The notes below the pieces were generated by a model. That model was not told where the DNA came from. It searched no databases and was given only the letters and a program-made list of their open reading frames with translations. The translations under genes and the position numbers were made by a program. DNA of 64,000 nt, from the NCBI GenBank assembly GCA_021803205.1, contig JAJZMB010000053.1:13837-77836 (forward strand), read 5' to 3'. Source of the stretch: Bacillota bacterium (lineage in GTDB: Bacteria; Bacillota; Sulfobacillia; RBS10-35; JAJYVN01). Shown piece after piece: positions 37,764-48,261 of the stretch. Position 1 is the first letter of the stretch; every line of letters starts with the position of its first letter.

Positions 37764-37945
37764 CCTTGGGGGACAAGGGGCAGCGGAAGGCTGGCCGCGC
37801 AAAAAAGCGGGCTTTTTGCCGCGGCCACCCAGAGGGGTGCTGCAAAAAGAGGGCTCCGCACCGACCGAGAACCGCAGACCCTCGGGGGACAAGGGGCATC
37901 GGAACCGCGGCCGCGCAAAGGCGGATTTTTGCAGTGGCCACCCGG
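37764..37945 (+). repeat. A-type intergenic repeat block (R1-M-R2)
   Basis: R1 (37764-37830) and R2 (37879-37943) are ~65-nt direct repeats: GGGGGACAAGGGGCAnCGGAA...GGCCGCGCAAA..TTTTTGC..GGCCACCC. The M-R2 part recurs inverted at 54425-54545. Confidence 0.8.
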
Positions 37946-37979
37946 GTTCGGGCAATGTGGCGCGGGAGGGGTTGCGCGC

Positions 37980-38216
37980 ATGATCTTTGTTATCACAGAA
38001 CCCTGTATCGGGACCAAGGACGCCTCATGCGTCGAGGTGTGCCCGGTTAATTGTATCCACGAGGGCGAGGACCAATATTACATCGACCCCGACGAATGCA
38101 TCGGGTGCAGCGCCTGCGCCACCGTTTGTCCTGTCAACGCGATCTATGATGAGGATGAGGTCCCCGAGCAGTGGGCAAATTACGTGCAGAAAAACGCTGA
38201 CTTCTTCAAGAAGTAA
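37980..38216 (+). CDS. fdxA: 7Fe-type ferredoxin
   Basis: CIGTKDASCVEVCP and CIGCSACATVCP cluster motifs. 78 aa. Confidence 0.92.
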   Translation: MIFVITEPCIGTKDASCVEVCPVNCIHEGEDQYYIDPDECIGCSACATVCPVNAIYDEDEVPEQWANYVQKNADFFKK

Positions 38217-38326
38217 TCGTGCCGTCAGACCATCAGCGGGCGGGGATGAGGATAGGGAGGCCGGCTCTCCATCCCCCCCCGCCCACGCTCAGTGATCCGA
38301 GGCATTGCCTTCCGGACCCGTGCGAA

Positions 38327-39076
38327 TCAGCACACACCGGCCGCTCTGGCCAACTCAGCCTCCACGAGCCATTCGAGACGGCCGTCCACGGGCATGATCG
38401 CCTGGGCCGGAAAGCGCTCCGGCTGGCGCTCGCCGCTGAGTACGACCGAAAGCGCTGTCGCCTTATTCGTCCCGCTGACGGCGAAGATTACGGCGGCCGC
38501 GGCATTGATCACCCAGGGAGTGAGGGTCAGGCGGCGCATACCGAGCGCTGGGACGAACGGGGCGGCCACCCAGGCGCGCGAATCGAGCACCGGGGACGCC
38601 GGGAACAGTGAAGCGGTGTGCCCCTCCGGACCCATGCCCAGCAGAATCAGATCAAAGCGGGGCGGCGCGCCCGCCATCGGAACACCGAAGGCATACGCGA
38701 GTTCTTCGGCATACTCGGCGGCGGCCGCCTCCAGGTCCTGCGCCTCTCCCCGGAGGCGGTGCACATTCCCCTCCGGCAGCGGCACGCGGGACAGCAGGGC
38801 CTCTTTAGCCATTCGATAGTTGCTGTCCGGGTGGTCGGGCGGAACCGGCCGCTCGTCCCCCCAGAACACATGGGTCTCCGTCCACTGGACGGCTCCAGAC
38901 GGAGCGGCGGCGATGATCTCATAGGCGCGGGCCGGCGTGGTACCACCGGCCAGCGCCACGCGAAACACTCCCCGGGTGCGCACCGCCAAGGCGGCGGCGG
39001 CGATGAAACGCTCCGCGGTCACGCGGGCCAATGAGTCGACGCCGGGCACGGTGGTCACGCGTGGTCCGTCGCTCAT
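38327..39076 (-). CDS. pgl: 6-phosphogluconolactonase
   Basis: VALAGGTTP, WGDER, LLGMGPEGHTASLFP. ATGA overlap with the zwf stop. Confidence 0.9.
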   Translation of the reverse strand: MSDGPRVTTVPGVDSLARVTAERFIAAAALAVRTRGVFRVALAGGTTPARAYEIIAAAPSGAVQWTETHVFWGDERPVPPDHPDSNYRMAKEALLSRVPLPEGNVHRLRGEAQDLEAAAAEYAEELAYAFGVPMAGAPPRFDLILLGMGPEGHTASLFPASPVLDSRAWVAAPFVPALGMRRLTLTPWVINAAAAVIFAVSGTNKATALSVVLSGERQPERFPAQAIMPVDGRLEWLVEAELARAAGVC

Positions 39077-40671
39077 GGCTTCCTCCACGTACGGCTATCC
39101 CGTGCCAGCAGTTCATCGGCCGCCATCGGGCCCCAGGAGCCGGCCGCATACGTCGACAGGGGCAGTTCTCGATTGCCGACGGCACCTCCGGCCATGGTTC
39201 CGGGAGTGTCCACCCTACCCCAACCCTCCAGGACCGGGGTCATCACCGCCCACGCCGCCTCCACCTCATCCCGGCGGGTGAACAGCGTCGAATCCCCGAG
39301 CGCGGCGTCCAGCAGCAGCCGCTCGTAGGCTTCCGGCTGCCCGCTGCCGAAGGCCCCATAAGAGAAGTCCATGTCGACATCCTGAATGCGGATGGCCGGT
39401 CCGGGCACCTTGGCACCGAAGCGCAGCCCGATCCCTTCGTCCGGTTGGATGCGCAACACCAATTCGTTGGCGTCCAGGGCCCCGGCACCGGTATGCCGGA
39501 AGGCCGAATGCGGCGCCGGCCGAAAGACGACCGCCACGTCGGTGGCCCGCCGCGGCAGGCGCTTGCCCGTCCGGACGTAAAACGGCACACCGGCCCAGCG
39601 CCAGTTGTCGATGAGCAGTTTCATGGCCACATATGTCTCGGTCTGCGAATCCGGGACGACACCCGACTCCTCCCGGTAGCCCGGCACGGCCTTCCCCGCC
39701 ACGCGGCCCGCGACGTATTGGCCGCGCACCACGCTCTCGCGCACCGCCTTGGCATCGAACGGACGGATCGCGTGCAGGAGTTTAACCTTCTCGTCGCGGA
39801 CGGCATGCGCGTCGAAGCTGGCGGGCGGCTCCATCGCCACCAACGAGAGCAGCTGCAGCAGGTGGTTCTGCACCATGTCGCGCAGGGCCCCAGACTCCTC
39901 GTAGTAGAGCCCGCGCCCCTCCAGACCGATACTCTCGGCGATGCTGATCTGCACATGGTCCACGTACTGGCGGTTCCAGAGCGGTTCGAAAATGCTGTTG
40001 GCCAAGCGGAAGACGAGGATGTTCTGCACAGTTTCCTTGCCCAGGTAATGGTCGATCCGAAAGATCTGGTCCTCCGGAAACACCGAGTGCAGTTGCGTGT
40101 TCAGGCGCCGCGCCGTTTCCAGATCACGGCCGAAGGGTTTCTCGACCACAATGCGCGAGTACCCGCCTGTCCAGTTCCCGCCCAGCCCGACCGCGCCGAG
40201 GAGTTCGGCGATGGGCGCGTACGCCTCGGGCGGCGTAGCCAGATAGAAGAGCCGGTTGCCGCCGATGCCCTTTTCGCGCTCGACGCGCTCCAGCAGGCTC
40301 GCCAGTTCGCGGAACGAACCCGGATCCGTATAATTGCTCTGGAAGTAGAAGACCTGATTCCGGAGCCGCTCCCAGCGCCAGTCCTGATCCGTGCCGGCGA
40401 ACTGCCGCAGGCCCTCCTGGAGGCCACTGCGAAAGGCCTCGTCGCCTAGCGGTCGCCGGGCGACCCCCACCAGGGCAAACTTTTCGGGCAGGAGACCGCG
40501 CTTGTCGAGGCTGTACAGGGCTGGTACCAGCTTGCGCCGTGTCAGGTCGCCGCTGGCGCCGAACACGACGAACGTGAATGGAGCCGGCCTGCGGTCTCCG
40601 GTGCCGACGACTTCGGCCGCACCGACCTCAAGCGCATGTTCCATCGTCACTGCCAAGGATCGCACCACCAT
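39073..40671 (-). CDS. zwf: glucose-6-phosphate dehydrogenase (copy 1)
   Basis: VVFGASGDLTRRKL, VVEKPFG, RIDHYLGKETVQN. The start is ATG 40671 or ATG 40644. Confidence 0.93.
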   Translation of the reverse strand: MVVRSLAVTMEHALEVGAAEVVGTGDRRPAPFTFVVFGASGDLTRRKLVPALYSLDKRGLLPEKFALVGVARRPLGDEAFRSGLQEGLRQFAGTDQDWRWERLRNQVFYFQSNYTDPGSFRELASLLERVEREKGIGGNRLFYLATPPEAYAPIAELLGAVGLGGNWTGGYSRIVVEKPFGRDLETARRLNTQLHSVFPEDQIFRIDHYLGKETVQNILVFRLANSIFEPLWNRQYVDHVQISIAESIGLEGRGLYYEESGALRDMVQNHLLQLLSLVAMEPPASFDAHAVRDEKVKLLHAIRPFDAKAVRESVVRGQYVAGRVAGKAVPGYREESGVVPDSQTETYVAMKLLIDNWRWAGVPFYVRTGKRLPRRATDVAVVFRPAPHSAFRHTGAGALDANELVLRIQPDEGIGLRFGAKVPGPAIRIQDVDMDFSYGAFGSGQPEAYERLLLDAALGDSTLFTRRDEVEAAWAVMTPVLEGWGRVDTPGTMAGGAVGNRELPLSTYAAGSWGPMAADELLARDSRTWRKP

Positions 40672-40802
40672 TCTCTGCGGGCCAGGAGACAAGAGGCCTC
40701 ACGTCTCCGCACCCGGGATGCCTCCCTCCGCACGGGGAGAACCGACCGGCGCATCACCCGGGAGCGCCTCCGGCCCCGCGCCGCCGCGCGGCAGCTGCCG
40801 CG

Positions 40803-41933
40803 TCAGTCCGCCAGGCGCTGCGCCTTCTCCTCCAACTCACGCAACATCTTGGCGAAGTCCGCCGCGAAGCGGGACACGCCTTCAGTCTGCAACTGCAGGC
40901 CCACCTCTTCGATGTCGATCCCGACGGCCCGCAGATCGGCGATCGTCTGCCTGGCCTCGGGCAGACCCAGATCGACGGTCCGCAGCACTTCACCGTGCTC
41001 GCGAAAGGCGTCGATGGTCTGCGGAGGCATCGTATCCACGGTATCCGGTCCGATGAGCTGCTCAGCATAGAGCACATCGCGGTACGCCGGATTCTTGGTG
41101 CTCGTGCTGGCCCAGAGCGGCCGCTGCAGGTTCCCCCCCGCGTCCGCCAAAGGCTTCCAGCGCGGCCCGGCGAAGATCTCGCGGAAACGCGCGTAAGTGA
41201 GCCTGGCATTGGCGAGGGCGGAACGGCCGAGCAACGCCCGCAGACGGGCCCGCTCCGCCTCGGAGGCCGCGGACGCCAGCCTCTTTTCCAGGAGGCCGTC
41301 GACCAGCACGTCGAAACGGCTGACGAAGACGGAGGCCACCGAGCGGATGCCTCTGATATCTTGCCCCCGCGCGACTCGGCGCTCCAGACCCCGCATGTAG
41401 GCGTCGGCCACCCGGTCGTAATGGCTGAGCGCAAACAGCATCGTCACGTTGATGCACAGCCCCTCGGCTGTACACTCCTCGATCGCCGGCCAACCGGCCG
41501 GGGTCGCGGGGATCTTGATCATCACGTTGGGCCGCGCCAGAAGGGAGCGGAGGCGCAGGGCATCGCGGACCGTTCCCCGAGTGTCCCCCGCCAGAGCCGG
41601 CGCGACCTCCAGGCTGATGTACCCGTCCAGACCGCCCGTCCGGTCGAATACGGGCCGCAGCAGGTCCGCGCCCGCGAGGATGTCGCCGATGGCGAGGGAT
41701 TCGTAGATGGCGTCCGCAGCCTTGCCCTCCGCCTTCAGACGGCGGATATCCGCATCGTAGTCGGACGTGCCGCCGATCGCCTTCTCGAAGATGGACGGAT
41801 TGCTGGTCACCCCGTGAACTTCTCCGTCGGAGATCAGCCGGGCGAGCGATCCGTCCCGGAGCACCGCACGGCTGATGTTGTCGTACCAAACGCTCTGACC
41901 GTACTCGGCCAGCCGTTGCAGCGGATTCGCCAC
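40803..41933 (-). CDS. tal: transaldolase
   Basis: QSVWYDNISR, VTSNPSIF and MIKIPAT (active-site Lys). GTG 41933 lies 6 nt after GGGAGGT. Confidence 0.92.
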   Translation of the reverse strand: MANPLQRLAEYGQSVWYDNISRAVLRDGSLARLISDGEVHGVTSNPSIFEKAIGGTSDYDADIRRLKAEGKAADAIYESLAIGDILAGADLLRPVFDRTGGLDGYISLEVAPALAGDTRGTVRDALRLRSLLARPNVMIKIPATPAGWPAIEECTAEGLCINVTMLFALSHYDRVADAYMRGLERRVARGQDIRGIRSVASVFVSRFDVLVDGLLEKRLASAASEAERARLRALLGRSALANARLTYARFREIFAGPRWKPLADAGGNLQRPLWASTSTKNPAYRDVLYAEQLIGPDTVDTMPPQTIDAFREHGEVLRTVDLGLPEARQTIADLRAVGIDIEEVGLQLQTEGVSRFAADFAKMLRELEEKAQRLAD

Positions 41934-42018
41934 CAGAGTACCTCCCAACCTCGGGGGGCGCCGGCAGGGATTGCCGGCACCCGCCACACCGCCTGTCCGC
42001 TCGCGAACGGGCAGGGGC

Positions 42019-44058
42019 TCAGGCCAGCGCCCGCGCCCGCCGCACAACCTCGTCCGCAGTGAATCCGAATTCTACAAGCAGGCGCTCCGCCGGCGCCGAG
42101 GCGCCGAAACGGTCGAGCCCGATCACATCGCCGTCCAGACCGACCCACTGCCACCAGCACTGCGATGCTCCGGCCTCGACCGCCAGACGACGGCGGCAGG
42201 TCCGCGGCAGGATCATCTCACGATACTCCTTCGGCTGCGCCTTGAACAGTTCGAAGGAAGGAACGCTGACGACCCGGACACGCCGCCCTTCCGCGCACAG
42301 CCGCCGTCCCGCCTCCACCACCAACTGCAATTCCGAGCCGGTGCCCAGCAGGATCAACTCGGGATTTCCGCCCTCGGCGTCAGAAACGATGTACGCGCCC
42401 TTGCCCACGCGCTCCGTGGCGCCGTCGGCCGACGTCAGCACGGGCAGCTTCTGCCGGGAGAGGATGAGGGCCGTCGGACCGTGCCTGTGGCGCAACGCGG
42501 TGGCCCAGGCCCCGGACGTCTCGTTGGCGTCCGCCGGGCGGAGCACGACCAGTCCGGGGATGGCGCGCAGCGCGCTCAGATGCTCGACGGGCTGATGCGT
42601 CGGACCGTCCTCCCCGAGCCCGATGCTGTCATGCGTCCACACATAGATCGCCGGCAGTTCCTGCAGAGCCGCCAGCCGCACGCTGCCCCGCATGTAGTCG
42701 GAAAAGGTGAGGAACGTGCCGCCAAAGACACGCACCCCGCCGAAGAGGAGCATGCCGTTCATTGCGGCGCCCATGGCATGCTCGCGCACACCGTAGTACA
42801 GATTGCGCCCGCCCCGCGCGGTCTTGGAAAACGGCACACTGCCCTTGATGGTTGTGTCGTTACTGCCCGAAAGGTCTGCCGAGCCCCCGAGGATGGCCGG
42901 CACCGCGGCCGCGACGGCGTTCATCACCTTGCCGAATGCCGACCGCGTCGCCTGGGCGTCGCCGCTGCTGAATCGCGGCAGGGTCTGCTCCCAGCCCTCG
43001 GGGAGCGTGCCCGCCAACGCCTCTCGGTACTCGGCCGCCTCCCGCGGATACTCCTCGGCGTACCGCCGGAGCAGGTCCTCCCATTCCGCCTGCTGCCGTC
43101 TCCCGCGCACCAGCGCCTCGCGGAACGCCGCCCGGGCCTCGTCCGGCACGAGGAAGTCGGGCTCCTCCGGCCAGCCGTAGAATCTCTTGGTGAGGGCGAC
43201 CTCCTCCCTGCCGATCGGGTTCCCCTGCGACAGGGGTTTGCCGTGGGCCTCACTGCTGTCATGGCGATTGGGGCTGCCGTAACCGATATGCGTACGCACC
43301 GCGATGAGCGAGGGGCGCGACCGTTCCGCCTTGGCCGCCCCGATGGCCGCGGATACCGCCTCCAGGTCGTTGCCGTCCTCCACGCGCTGCGTGTGCCATC
43401 CATACGCCTCAAAACGGGCGACGGACCTGTCGCTGAATGAAAGTTCCGTGGGCCCGTCCAGGGAAATCAGATTGTCATCATAAAGGTAGACCAACCGGCC
43501 GAGCCCGAGATGCCCGGCCAGCGAGGCCGCCTCCGCAGACACGCCCTCCATGAGATCGCCGTCGCTGACGAGAGCGTAAATGGTGGACGGGATGAGATCG
43601 AAGCCCGGCCGGTTGAAGCGGGCGGCCAGGTATTCGGCGGCGATGGCCATGCCGACCCCCATGGCGAAGCCCTGGCCGAGCGGGCCCGTGGTCGCCTCCA
43701 CACCGGGGGTCAGGCCGTACTCCGGGTGCCCCGGCGTCCTGCTGCCCCACTGCCGAAAGTTTTGGAGTTCTTCGAGGGACAGGTCATACCCCGTGAGATG
43801 CAGCAGACTATACAGCAGCATGCTGCCGTGGCCCGCCGAAAGGATGAAGCGGTCCCGGCCGGGCCACCGCGGGTCCGCCGGATTGTGGCGCAGATAGCGG
43901 GTCCAGAGCACATACGCCATCGCCGCCGCGCCCATCGGCAATCCAGGGTGGCCGGAATTGGCCTTCTCCACCCCGTCGATCGACAGCGTCCGGATCGTGT
44001 TGATGCAGAGATCGTCCAGCGTCTGCTGCGCGGTCACCTCTGTCGCCGTCTCCCTCAC
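42019..44058 (-). CDS. tkt: transketolase
   Basis: [29 protein letters not shown]. 679 aa. Confidence 0.95.
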   Translation of the reverse strand: MRETATEVTAQQTLDDLCINTIRTLSIDGVEKANSGHPGLPMGAAAMAYVLWTRYLRHNPADPRWPGRDRFILSAGHGSMLLYSLLHLTGYDLSLEELQNFRQWGSRTPGHPEYGLTPGVEATTGPLGQGFAMGVGMAIAAEYLAARFNRPGFDLIPSTIYALVSDGDLMEGVSAEAASLAGHLGLGRLVYLYDDNLISLDGPTELSFSDRSVARFEAYGWHTQRVEDGNDLEAVSAAIGAAKAERSRPSLIAVRTHIGYGSPNRHDSSEAHGKPLSQGNPIGREEVALTKRFYGWPEEPDFLVPDEARAAFREALVRGRRQQAEWEDLLRRYAEEYPREAAEYREALAGTLPEGWEQTLPRFSSGDAQATRSAFGKVMNAVAAAVPAILGGSADLSGSNDTTIKGSVPFSKTARGGRNLYYGVREHAMGAAMNGMLLFGGVRVFGGTFLTFSDYMRGSVRLAALQELPAIYVWTHDSIGLGEDGPTHQPVEHLSALRAIPGLVVLRPADANETSGAWATALRHRHGPTALILSRQKLPVLTSADGATERVGKGAYIVSDAEGGNPELILLGTGSELQLVVEAGRRLCAEGRRVRVVSVPSFELFKAQPKEYREMILPRTCRRRLAVEAGASQCWWQWVGLDGDVIGLDRFGASAPAERLLVEFGFTADEVVRRARALA

Positions 44059-44117
44059 TCCTCACAGGTACGCTTGCGCCGGCCCCGACAATCGCACACG
44101 GGATACCGCGGCGCGGA

Positions 44118-45608
44118 TCATCGGGCTGATGCGGCCGGCCCGCCGCCGAAGCCGAGCGCCTCATCCGCGCGCAGGACCTCATAGAGCCTCTGCTGCAAGG
44201 CCCACAGGCGACGATACACGTCCCGGCGCTCCGGCTGCGCGGTGGTGACACCCGCCGTCGGCGGCGGCAGGTCGCCGGCATCCCGCAGGACGCCGAGCGC
44301 CTCCAGGCAGAGCAGGGCCGCGCCGCGGCTGCTCGCCTCCCGCTCCGACGAGCGGTGGATGTCCTGTCCCAGGGCGTCGGCCGCGATCTGGGTCCAGGCG
44401 GCTGAATGCCAGATGCCGCCGCCGCTGCCCACGACCAGCGACGCAGGGCCGAGGTCGGCCGCGATGGCGGCAAAGCGCATCGCCACCGCTTCCATGCCGG
44501 CCCGCAGCAGGTCGAGCGGCGTGGTCGCCTCCCGGAGGCCCAGGACCGCACCGAAGGCACTGCAGGACCAGCCCGGGCTGCGCTCCCCCGCCAGGAGGGG
44601 TAGGAACACCAGCCCGTGGCCGCCCGGCAGCATGGCCTGCACAGCGGAATCCACTTCGGCTTCCGGCAACCGCAGCGTGTCGTACAGCCACTGATGGAGA
44701 TTGCCGCCGTTGCTCAGGGCTCCCCCCACCAGACCGCGGCGCCGATCGAGCCGATACTGCCACAGGGCCGGCGGAACGGTCCACGGCCCCCCGGACCGGC
44801 ACACCCGCACCGCCCCGGAGGTGCCGATCATCAGCGCCATGCGGCCCTCGCCGATGCAGCCGCTGCCCACGTTGTTGCAGGCCCCGTCCCCGGCGGGAAG
44901 CAGCACCCGCGCGCCCGAGAGCGCCGGGACCGTCCAGGGGGTACCGGTCCTGGGACGCAGGGGACCGGCTTCGGCGAGATCCGCCACGGGGGGCAAGGCG
45001 GTCGCGGGCACCCCTACCGCCTCCAGCACCTCGGCGTCCCACGCCCCCGCGCCCTGGTCATAGAGACCCGACCCCGAGGCGAGAGAGACGCTGGAGACCA
45101 GTTCGCCCGTGAGATGCCAGGTGACATACTCACCGAACGACAGCCAATAGCGGACCGCCTGCCACCAATCCGGACGACCGCGGCGGATCCAGGCCAACTT
45201 GGCGGGAGGGTAGCTCGGATGGAGCCGACAACCGGTACGGCGCCGTAAGGCATCCGCATCCAGACGCGCAGCCAGTACCGGAACGTCGGCCGCACCGCGC
45301 GTGTCCGCCCAGATGAGCACCGGGGTGCGGGGACGCATCTGCCCGTCGACCCCCATCAGACTGTGCCAGAAACAGGAGGCTCCGACGGCGGCGACCGGAC
45401 CGGGGGCGGCCCGCAGACACTCGGCCACGGCCTGATCGACGCGCGAAAGCAGGATATCCGGATCCGTCTCCACACCGCCGTCGTGCCGATAGTCCACCTG
45501 ATGGGGAACGCGGGCCGCGGCGCCAGGAATGGGCGCACCATCGGCCCCATAGAGCGAAGCCCTCACCGACGAGGTCCCGATATCGAGGGCGAGCACGCAA
45601 ATGGCCAC
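44118..45608 (-). CDS. gntK: FGGY-family carbohydrate kinase, likely gluconokinase
   Basis: LALDIGTSSVRA and GDGACNNVGSG. Position at the head of the tkt-tal-zwf-pgl operon. The start is GTG 45608 or GTG 45596. Confidence 0.82.
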   Translation of the reverse strand: MAICVLALDIGTSSVRASLYGADGAPIPGAAARVPHQVDYRHDGGVETDPDILLSRVDQAVAECLRAAPGPVAAVGASCFWHSLMGVDGQMRPRTPVLIWADTRGAADVPVLAARLDADALRRRTGCRLHPSYPPAKLAWIRRGRPDWWQAVRYWLSFGEYVTWHLTGELVSSVSLASGSGLYDQGAGAWDAEVLEAVGVPATALPPVADLAEAGPLRPRTGTPWTVPALSGARVLLPAGDGACNNVGSGCIGEGRMALMIGTSGAVRVCRSGGPWTVPPALWQYRLDRRRGLVGGALSNGGNLHQWLYDTLRLPEAEVDSAVQAMLPGGHGLVFLPLLAGERSPGWSCSAFGAVLGLREATTPLDLLRAGMEAVAMRFAAIAADLGPASLVVGSGGGIWHSAAWTQIAADALGQDIHRSSEREASSRGAALLCLEALGVLRDAGDLPPPTAGVTTAQPERRDVYRRLWALQQRLYEVLRADEALGFGGGPAASAR

Positions 45609-45863
45609 CCAAAGAATGTGGCACAAGCCGCCTCGGGGCGCAACCCCACACGCGGCGCGCGATCGGGTGCGTACGGCCGCCCAATGGGCGCCGCAGCGGC
45701 CCGCCGAAAAACGGCCGCCACACCGTGGCGGCTGGGAACGCATGACCCTTGCCCGCTCGATTTGGCCTCAGGCCGCAAGCCGGGCGCGCATCGTCAGGCT
45801 CTCCTGCAGGGGCACGTGCCGACGCGCGAACCGGCCCCTGCGTCCCGGCCCAACCGCCGCGGA

Positions 45864-46052
45864 CTACGGAAGCGGCGGCACTCTGCCCGCCGCCGGGAAG
45901 GCCTGCTCCCGGGGCCCCGGTCCGTAGATCGCCTTGCGCGTCATGCATCCGTTCAGCACGATGTACTTGCCGTGCAGCAACCCGGCAGCCGCGGAGCAGC
46001 GGCGGAGACAGGCGGCAGCCACGTCCTCAGGCCGCCCCACGCGCCACGGTGC
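45864..46052 (-). pseudogene. C-terminal remnant of a short-chain dehydrogenase/reductase
   Basis: APWRVGRPEDVAAACLRRCSAAAGLLHGKYIVLNGCM resembles the SDR C-terminus (PLGRxGxPEEVAxAVxFLxSxxAxYxTGxxxxVxGG). No matching N-terminal Rossmann part lies upstream. Confidence 0.3.
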
Positions 46053-46128
46053 GGCCTGAGCCTGTCCGACATCAGCCCTCACCCCGGCGGGGCTTGCGTG
46101 CGTCCACCCCGGCTGACCACCCCGCCGG

Positions 46129-46542
46129 TCAGTGCTGCCACCCCGAGGCCTCCTTGGGGGCTCCCTCGGCCCGCACGTAATCCCGAAACACGAAACCCCG
46201 CCGACCTCCGGGGATCTGGACCTGGGCCCAATAACCGCTCCACTCCATGACAATCACGGGCGTTCCGGCCCGCAGTTCACCGACCTGCGGGTGGCTGCCC
46301 CCCGGTCCCTGCCGCAGTTTGACCGCGTCCGAATGAATGCTGCCCACACTGATGAATTGTGGCGGCAGGTCCTCGCAGAGGAGTTGCAGGTAGCTGATCT
46401 GTGCCTTCTGCGCCTCGTGCACCGCCCCGGTCAGGGCCTGCTCCGCACGCGTGACCGCACAGCCGCGGAGCTCCTTGTATCCCTGTACCAGCGGTGCCTC
46501 CATGTCGAGCAGGGACTTGGCGTGATCCTTGACCGAAGCCAT
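46129..46542 (-). CDS. SH3 domain-containing protein
   Basis: Bacterial SH3 pattern VKLRQGPGGSHPQVGELRAGTPVIVMEWSGYWAQVQIPGGRRGFVFRDYV. AAAGGAGG lies 7 nt before the ATG. Confidence 0.72.
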   Translation of the reverse strand: MASVKDHAKSLLDMEAPLVQGYKELRGCAVTRAEQALTGAVHEAQKAQISYLQLLCEDLPPQFISVGSIHSDAVKLRQGPGGSHPQVGELRAGTPVIVMEWSGYWAQVQIPGGRRGFVFRDYVRAEGAPKEASGWQH

Positions 46543-46632
46543 CGCGGAGCCTCCTTTGCTTGGACCGAATGCTGAGCGCAGCCGCGGGGACCGGCCGGGG
46601 CGGCGGCAAACCGACCGCCTCCCTGCCCTTGT

Positions 46633-48261
46633 ATGACGGAGAGCCCGCTCCGATGCCCGGTGCAGGAGGAGGGGCCGCCGCGGCGGAAGCTCACCGCGAC
46701 GCTCAGGGGGGAATGGCCATTGGCGGAAACGCTGCGCCCGGGCGGACGAGGCCCCACGCAACCGGCGTGCCTCATACTCTTCGGAGCGACGGGCGACCTC
46801 GCCAGACGCAAGTTGCTTCCGGCCCTGTTTGCCTTGCGCAGGCACGGCTTGGCAGCAGCGGTGCACATTCTCGGGTTCGCGCGCGAGGATCATCCGGTAG
46901 CGGAGTTCCGTGGGATTGTGGACCGGGCGATCGCCGACTCCGGCGTCTCCGGCGCCCAGGATCAGGACGCGCGCGCGACCTTCACCGCTGAGGTCGACTA
47001 TCTCGCCGGGGACTTCGGCGCCCCGGAGGCGTACACAGAGATCGCGCGCCGCCTCGGCGGGGAGGGGAGTCCGCCCCGGCGCCTCCTATACCTGGCCACC
47101 CCCCCGCCGCTCTATCCCGAGATCGTGGAGCGCCTGGGCCGGGCGGGCCTATCGCGCCCCCCGGCCACCGGCGGCTGGACGCGGATCGTTATCGAAAAGC
47201 CGTTCGGGACGGACCTGGCCTCGGCGCAAGCACTCAACCGCCGTCTGCACCGGTACTTCCGGGAGGGACAGGTCCACCGGATCGACCACTACATGGGCAA
47301 GGAGACCGTCCAGAACGTATTGGTGTTCCGCTTTGCCAACGGGCTGTTCGAACCCGTATGGAACCGCAACTATGTCGACCACGTCCAGATCACCGCCGCC
47401 GAAACCCTCGGCGTTGAGGGCCGGGGCGCCTACTACGAGGGCGCCGGTGCCCTGAGGGACATGGTGCAGAACCATCTGTTGCAGTTGCTGTCGCTGGTGG
47501 CGATGGAGCCGCCGATCGCCTTTTCCGCCGACGACGTCCGGGACCGCAAGGTCGAGATTCTGCGCTCGATCCACCCCCTCTCCCCGGAAGAGGTCGCCAG
47601 ATACGTGGTCCGGGGGCAATACATCGGCGGCCGGGACGGCGGCGGGGGCAGCGCCTGCGGGTACCGCGAGGAACCCGGGGTCCGAACGGACTCCGGTACG
47701 GAGACGTTTGTGGCCGCACGCCTGCAGATTGACAACTGGCGCTGGGCCGGCGTGCCATTCTTCCTGCGCACCGGCAAGCGCCTGCCGTGCCGGGTGGCGG
47801 AGATCGCCATCGAGTTCAAGCGCCCGCCTCAGCTACTGTTTTCCGGCACCGGCGCCGGGCGGCTCCGTCCCAACGTGCTGGTGCTGCGCATCCAGCCGGA
47901 GGAAGGCATCTTCCTGCGCTTCGGGGCAAAGGCACCGGGACAGGACATCGAAATCGTGCCGGTGGAGATGGACTTCGCGTACGGCGCCAGATTCGGCGAG
48001 CCGGTCCTCGACGCGTATGCCCGGCTCCTGCTCGACGCCCTTTACGGCGACGCCACGCTCTTCACACGAGCCGACGAGGCAGAGGCGGCGTGGCGCATCG
48101 TGGATTCCATCCACGCGGGCTGGGCGGCCGGCTCAGCCGCGAGCGGCCCCCAGCCCTATCCCGCCGGATCGTGGGGGCCGCCGGCGGCCGCCCGGCTCTT
48201 GTCCCGCGCCGGACGGCGCTGGCGCCGTCCGGAGACCGCCCGCGCGGATCCGTCCCGGTGA
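46633..48261 (+). CDS. zwf: glucose-6-phosphate dehydrogenase (copy 2)
   Basis: [34 protein letters not shown]. The N-terminal ~40 aa are uncertain. Confidence 0.9.
   Translation: MTESPLRCPVQEEGPPRRKLTATLRGEWPLAETLRPGGRGPTQPACLILFGATGDLARRKLLPALFALRRHGLAAAVHILGFAREDHPVAEFRGIVDRAIADSGVSGAQDQDARATFTAEVDYLAGDFGAPEAYTEIARRLGGEGSPPRRLLYLATPPPLYPEIVERLGRAGLSRPPATGGWTRIVIEKPFGTDLASAQALNRRLHRYFREGQVHRIDHYMGKETVQNVLVFRFANGLFEPVWNRNYVDHVQITAAETLGVEGRGAYYEGAGALRDMVQNHLLQLLSLVAMEPPIAFSADDVRDRKVEILRSIHPLSPEEVARYVVRGQYIGGRDGGGGSACGYREEPGVRTDSGTETFVAARLQIDNWRWAGVPFFLRTGKRLPCRVAEIAIEFKRPPQLLFSGTGAGRLRPNVLVLRIQPEEGIFLRFGAKAPGQDIEIVPVEMDFAYGARFGEPVLDAYARLLLDALYGDATLFTRADEAEAAWRIVDSIHAGWAAGSAASGPQPYPAGSWGPPAAARLLSRAGRRWRRPETARADPSR

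Noticed and set aside
37764-37945. Direct repeats with intervening sequence that might be a mini CRISPR array.
   Set aside because: There are only two ~65-nt units, longer than CRISPR repeats. The 'spacer' is itself a repeated unit found elsewhere. No cas genes are present.
37687-37983. A 98-aa ORF with an upstream AGGAG that ends in an ATGA overlap with the ferredoxin start. This looks like translational coupling.
   Set aside because: It is made almost entirely of the A-type repeat DNA, which occurs in the opposite orientation at 54425-54545. Its product is basic and low-complexity. Its third-position GC is lower than in the real genes here.
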